Assembly (NCBI RefSeq): GCF_009914755.1
Contig: NC_060930.1
Direction: 5' to 3' (one strand)
DNA length: 64,000 bases
DNA from: the human T2T-CHM13v2.0 reference genome, Homo sapiens
Shown piece after piece: positions 57,528 to 64,000 of this stretch; positions within the stretch are counted from its first letter, which is position 1; each line of letters starts with the position of its first letter. The notes under the pieces are model-generated. The model saw only the letters and a program-made list of their open reading frames with translations. It did not search any database and was not told where the DNA came from. A program made the translations under genes and the position numbers.

Positions 57528-57822
57528 TTTTTTTTTTTTTTTTGAGACTGGGTCTCACTCTGTTGCCCAGGCTGGAGTGCAGTGGCACCATCACAGCTCA
57601 CTGCAGCCTTGACCTCTCAGGCTCAGGTGATCCTCCTGTCTTAGCCTCCTGAGTAGCTGGGACCACAGACATGCATCGCCACTCTCAGCTAATTTTTAAA
57701 AATTGTTTGTAGAGATGGAGCCTCCTTCTGTTGTCCAGGCTGGTCCCGAACTCCTGGGCTCAAAAGATCTGCCCACCTGGTCTCCCAAAGTGCTAGGTTT
57801 CCAAGTGTGAGCCACCACGCAC
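57528..57822 (-). mobile_element. Alu (AluJ-like)
   Basis: Antisense Alu. Confidence 0.93.
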
Positions 57823-58452
57823 TTCCCCCTCATTATGTAGGGGAAGAGTAGTTCTGGGGGTCAGTTCAGCAGTAGTCCAGAACTTTAGAGATGCTTCCTC
57901 TCCCCCAGTTATAATGCTGCCAACTTGCAGTGGAAACTGCGATGCTGAAGGTAGGTAAGAGCAAGAGGCTGAGGGAGCCTAGCTGGGCTCCCGCTGCCCC
58001 TACCCACTACATGCCTTTGTGATAGGCAGGGGCCGAGCCCTTCTGTGAACCCTGCAGGATGCTTTTCTTAAACTCTACTTCTTGTCCAGGCTGCCAAGCA
58101 GAACCTCTCAAGAGTCTCAGGCCCAAAGTCCCGTTTCCAAGTGGCCTCTGCTCTAAAGCCAGCTCCCACAAATCCCGTCAGCGCTGCTCAGCCAGGTGAT
58201 CACATACCTGCCTCCAAAGCCAGGAAATGAGGCGCCTGGGTGAAACACATTCCAAGATTGAATGGCTATTTACAGTCAAACACAAGCACGGCAGCCCAGG
58301 TAGGTAGGCTGGCGAAGTGAGGGGTGGGGCTGGAGGGGGAGAGGAGACACCAGGCGATAGCATTTCACTGGGACACAGACTGCTTTAAAAGAAAGGGCCC
58401 AGGTTTGGTGTCAAGAGCCCAGGTCTGTGTGCTTGGTTTTGTCACAATCTAT

Positions 58453-58544
58453 CAACTGTCTATTTCATTATCTGTAACAGGGTTTCTAAAAGTTTCTGAA
58501 AGTGTGGCCAACTGTCTATTTCATTATCTGTAACAGGGTTTCTA

Positions 58545-58563
<19 letters not shown>
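58453..58563. repeat. Perfect 56-bp-period tandem duplication
   Basis: 58453-58507 is identical to 58509-58563. Confidence 0.95.
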
Positions 58564-59170
<607 letters not shown>

Positions 59171-59679
59171 CTGATGAGGTCCTTAGCCCTTGGCCCCCAG
59201 CCTCCTGGAGGAGCAATGAACCTAGTAGAGGCCACATGGTTCCTCTGCTCCCTGCAAAAAGCCACCTATTGTAATCAGTGTTCCATTTCCTTCACCTTCT
59301 GAATGCTCCATGCCAAGAAAGCACAAGCCTGGAGAAGGGAGGCTGGGTTACACTCAGGGAACTGCTTTCTGAGTGGGGGAGAGAATGGCGGCCTAGTCAA
59401 CTCATCCACCAGCAGCCAAGTGAAACACCACGTGAAGGCAGGAGGAGGGGTAAGGAGGTGCCTTGCCATTTATACATAAGCCACATGGTGAGTCAATCCC
59501 AGGCTCCTCACAAGCTCCTGGTTCTCTGGCAGTTGTGAATTTGGAGGGCAGGGCCTTGGGATGAGCCTCAATCCAACACATTCCAAAGCCCCAGGCCTGG
59601 GGTTGCCCTGTAGTCAGCCTTCCTTTCCCACTCCATTTCTCTAACCTCTCCCTCTGCCAGCTTCCTCCACCATCCAGAC

Positions 59680-60420
<741 letters not shown>

Positions 60421-60787
60421 CTAGACCGTTATCTCTTTAAACCCTGCTCACTCTTTGTAGGTAGATGTGCTTTGAAACTAAAATAAACGTATGAAAGCAA
60501 CACATGTTCACTATTCAGAATCCCAACATTATAGAAACATAAAGAATAGAATGTAATACATCCTGTCCTCCCATCCCTCATAGGCAACTAACAACTGTTA
60601 TCAACAATGTGGTGTACATTTTCTCACTTTTGTCTACATATACTTATATTCACTGTTATTAGAAAATAATGTTTATAAAAATGGGATAATTCTATTTATT
60701 CCTCCCATCACTTAAGCACCTCTCTATTATGTACAGTAGTAACAGACTATAAAGTCTTGCCTACTGAGGCTCACATTCAAGTAAGGC

Positions 60788-60965
60788 AAAAAGAGAGAGA
60801 AAGAAAGAGAGAGAAGAAAGAAAGAAAAAAGAAAGAGAAAGAAAGAAGGAAAGAAAAGAGAGGAAGGAAGGGAGGGAGGGGGGAGGGAGGCAGGCAGGAA
60901 GGGAGGGAGGAAGCAAGGAAGGAAGGAGGGAGGGAGGGAGGGAGGGACAGAAGGAAGGAGAAAGA
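60788..60965. repeat. Polypurine (GAAA/GGAA/GGGA)n tract
   Basis: Direct reading; explains ORFs 60757-61131 and 60777-61058. Confidence 0.92.
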
Positions 60966-61004
60966 ATCAGCAGGTAGGGTTATAAGCACTTTAAAGAAAG
61001 GTAA

Positions 61005-61240
61005 GGCTGGGTGTGGTGCCCATGCCAGTGCTTTGGGAGGCCAACGTGAGAGGATCACTTCAGCTCAAGAGTTCAAGACCAGCCTGAGCAACATAGCAGA
61101 CCCATTCCTACAAAAAATTTTTAAAAATTAGATAGGCTGAGGTGGGAGGATCGCTTGAGCCCAGGAGTTTGAGACTGCAGCAAACTATGATTGCACCACT
61201 GCACTCCAGTGTAGGTGACAGAGCGAGACCTTGTCTCAAT
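61005..61240 (+). mobile_element. Alu (AluJ-like) with internal deletions and no A-tail
   Basis: Alu text followed by AATTTTTTTTG. Confidence 0.88.
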
Positions 61241-61736
61241 TTTTTTTGTAAGTTAAATAAGGAAATGAGTTGAGGAGTGACTTGGGGATTACTAAGGAAA
61301 GGATGATGAACCTGTCTAAAGAGGTAACGTTTAGGCTGAAAGCCAGATGACAGTAAGTAGCCAGATATGGAAATCTATGGAAGCAAGTGCAAAGGTCCTG
61401 AGGCAGCAACCACACGTGTGCTTTCACAACTCCTTTTTTCATTGAATACTATATATTTGGACTATTAGTCCAATAAGTGTAGTGTCTGAGTGTACTATTA
61501 CTCTTTGTAAAGGCAACTAGTTTTCTCATAAAGTAAAAAAAAAATTCAAACAAGACAAAACAGTGTACAACAAAAAGAAATTTTTCTCACCCAATTCCCC
61601 AGTCCACTGCCCAAGATACAACCATTATTAATTATTTTGTATCATCTTCCAGAAAAATCTTTATATGTATGTATGCATATACTTCATATATCTCATCTAA
61701 TTTGTACTAAGACCATATAATAAACATCATTCCACA

Positions 61737-61742
<6 letters not shown>

Positions 61743-61767
<25 letters not shown>

Positions 61768-62052
61768 GAGATGGAGTTTCGCTCTATGGTCCAGGGCTGA
61801 AGTACAGTGGCACGATCTCAGTTCACTGCAACCTCTGCCTCCTGGGTTTTAAGCAATTCTCTCTGCCTCAGTCTCCCGAGTAGCTGGGATTACAGGCACC
61901 TGCCACCATGCCCAGCTAATTTTTGTATTTTTAGTAGAGACAGGGTTTTGCCATGTTGGCCAGTCTGGTCTTGAACTCCTGACCTCAGGTGATCCATCTA
62001 CCTCGGCCTCCCAAAGTGCTGGGATTACAGGTGTGAGCCACAGTGTCCGGCC
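61743..62052 (-). mobile_element. Alu (AluSx-like)
   Basis: TSD CACCTTGCTTTT. Confidence 0.95.
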
Positions 62053-62247
62053 ACCTTGCTTTTTTTTTTTTTTTTTTAACAAATTAATTAATACATTATT
62101 TTGAATAGGTAATGCATATTATACGTCACTAAATTTAAAAGGAACAAATAAGTACACAATGAAAAGCAGATCTTCTACCCTGTTCTGTAGCCCTCTCTCC
62201 TGAGACAGGCACAGTCACCCTCTTCCTGTGATTTCCCTCCAAGGTGG

Positions 62248-62620
62248 TTGCTATCATCTGAATGCATGTATGCCCCCAAAATTCATATGTTGAAATTCTA
62301 ACCAAAGCCCTAAGTAATGATAGTGTTGGGAAATGGGCCCTTTGAGAAATGATTAGGTCATGAGGGTGGACCTCTCATGATTGAGATTAGTGCCCTTATA
62401 AAAGGGACCCAAAAGTGCTAGCTAGCCACTTCGACCATATGAGGACCCAGTGTCAAGGTGGCATCTATGAAGCAGGAAACAGGCCATCACCCGACATCAG
62501 ATCTGTTGGCCCCTTGATCTTGGACTTCGTGACCTCCAGAATTCTGAGAAATAAATTTCTGTTGTTTATAAGCCACTTAGTTTCTGGTATTTTGTTATAG
62601 CCTCCCAAGTGGACCAAGAG
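62248..62620 (+). mobile_element. MLT1A/MST-type MaLR LTR
   Basis: CCCCAAAATTCATATGTTGAAA...CCTCCAGAATTCTGAGAAATAAATTTCTGTTG. Confidence 0.82.
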
Positions 62621-62639
62621 AGTGGTCAAAGAACATGCA

Positions 62640-63440
62640 GACATATACATGTCTCCGTGTTTGCCACACAAATAGCATTGCATCGTATACCTGCCATCAT
62701 CTGCCTCCAGCACCATATCTTGGCAGCTGCTCCCCATTACTGCGAATTCATTCCACAGTCCAATTAACCAGACCCCCATTGAAGGACACTGGGGTTGTCC
62801 CTCCATCTCTTGCTACTTACAAACATGCTTCCATGACTATCCCTGTGCAGATGTCCTGTCACAAAGTATATGTCTACATCCTGCAGTATTTCCTTATGAG
62901 GGGAGGAGGAGTGCATAATTTATTTAGCCAACTCAATATTGAAAATCATTTAGGTGATTTCCAATTTCTATGAAACAAACATTGCTGCATGAACATCCTT
63001 GTACATAAATCTCTTAGAATAATTCCATAAAAAGAAAGCGTTAGGTCAACATGTATTTGAAATTTAAATTTTTGTCAATATTGCCGATTTTCCTTCCAAA
63101 GAGCTTGCACTAACTTATACCTCTCCCAACTGTGTTTAAGAGTGCCTCTTCCCCTGCGGCCTTGCCTAAAGTGCTTATTATAAAAACTGTGATCTTTGAC
63201 AATCTAATACGTGAAAAATATTATCCTGCTGGTAAGTTTTAATTAGCATTTATTTAATTATTCATGTGACTGGCCATTTTCTCCTTATGCTTATAAATCA
63301 TCTCTCTGTCTCTAGTTGTTCTTTGCCCTGTTCTTTTTCCTGTTGCGTTGTAGGTCCTTTTCTTATTGAATTGCAAAACTTTTAAAAATATATTCAGTAA
63401 ATTAGCTCTGTCTCCTATACATATGAGTTTATGTGTGTGT
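62640..63440 (-). mobile_element. Old L1M fragments
   Basis: Antisense L1 ORF2 3' text (TTGCTGCATGAACATCCTTGTACAT, ATTAGCATTTATTTAATT). Confidence 0.6.
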
Positions 63441-63452
63441 ACATGTGAGAGG

Positions 63453-64000
63453 GTGGAGAAATAAAAATAAAATCCTAAGCCCCTCAACCAACTGAATGGA
63501 TCCCTCTTGGCCATTGGGACACCAGAGAAACCTTGAAAACCGAGTTCCCAGCCATGATGGGGTGGGAGATCAGAACAACTCATTCTACTCTCTCCCTCGC
63601 CAACCACCATTAGGCTTCTTCCCTAAGTGTTAAACAGAAACCAGCCCTTTTGAAAGACTGGCTCCGCAACTGATATCAATCAACTGCCTGATGCTGCCTC
63701 TCCCTTTTTGCGGTCTCAACACAACTGACCAGCATTCTCTCCTGATAAGATACCACTGACCAAGGAGTGATTCTGGCCAGTCTACAGGGGCTGCACACAA
63801 AGGGCCTTCATGTCCTCTACTTCACCTGTTGAAGTCAGAGGGCCAGAAACCCCACCCTCAGATCCATGAGGAGGCACGAAGCTCAGTTGCACATGTGCAT
63901 GTTTCTCCTTTAATAAATATTTATGACTCCTCTGATAGCTTATTAATTATGTATATCCAGCCACCTCACTCAGCATAAATTCCTATTCCTGTTACCCCTC
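63453..64000 (+). mobile_element. MER39-type ERV1 LTR (runs off the window)
   Basis: AAATAAAAATAAAATCCTAAGCCCC..CTGAATGGATCCCTCTTGGCC...TTAAACAGAAACCAGCCCTTT. Confidence 0.8.

Noticed and set aside
60757-61131. K/E/R/G-rich 124-aa ORF
   Set aside because: Translation of a polypurine simple repeat plus Alu.

Overview
Primate, most likely human, non-coding genomic DNA with no supportable protein-coding gene. The 96-nt stretch 18216-18311 matches the annotated hsa-mir-587 precursor as I recall it (mature UUUCCAUAGGUGAUGAGUCAC). From memory, unverified here, that places the window on chr6q21 near QRSL1/CD24, overlapping lncRNA annotations. Much of the window is interspersed repeat: about 30 Alu/FLAM copies, a full-length THE1B-type MaLR (13645-15922), two solo LTR12C-type LTRs facing each other (39670-41040 +, 49764-51424 -), and a 13.4-kb MER4-group ERV1 provirus (41716-55142) with intact TSD and a tRNA-Pro PBS. 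That provirus hosts a doubly truncated old L1, a THE1C LTR, one of the LTR12Cs and five Alus. There is also a BC200 retrocopy and hAT/mariner MITEs. The ORF track is almost entirely repeat-derived or chance ORFs. The most interesting observation is that the 'MIR587' hairpin lacks a Microprocessor basal stem and is a near-perfect DNA palindrome of two inverted AP-1 sites flanking a TEAD motif, so it may be an enhancer rather than a miRNA. I see no evidence for a new multi-gene system. Repeat subfamily names come from recalled consensus sequences and need RepeatMasker/Dfam confirmation.
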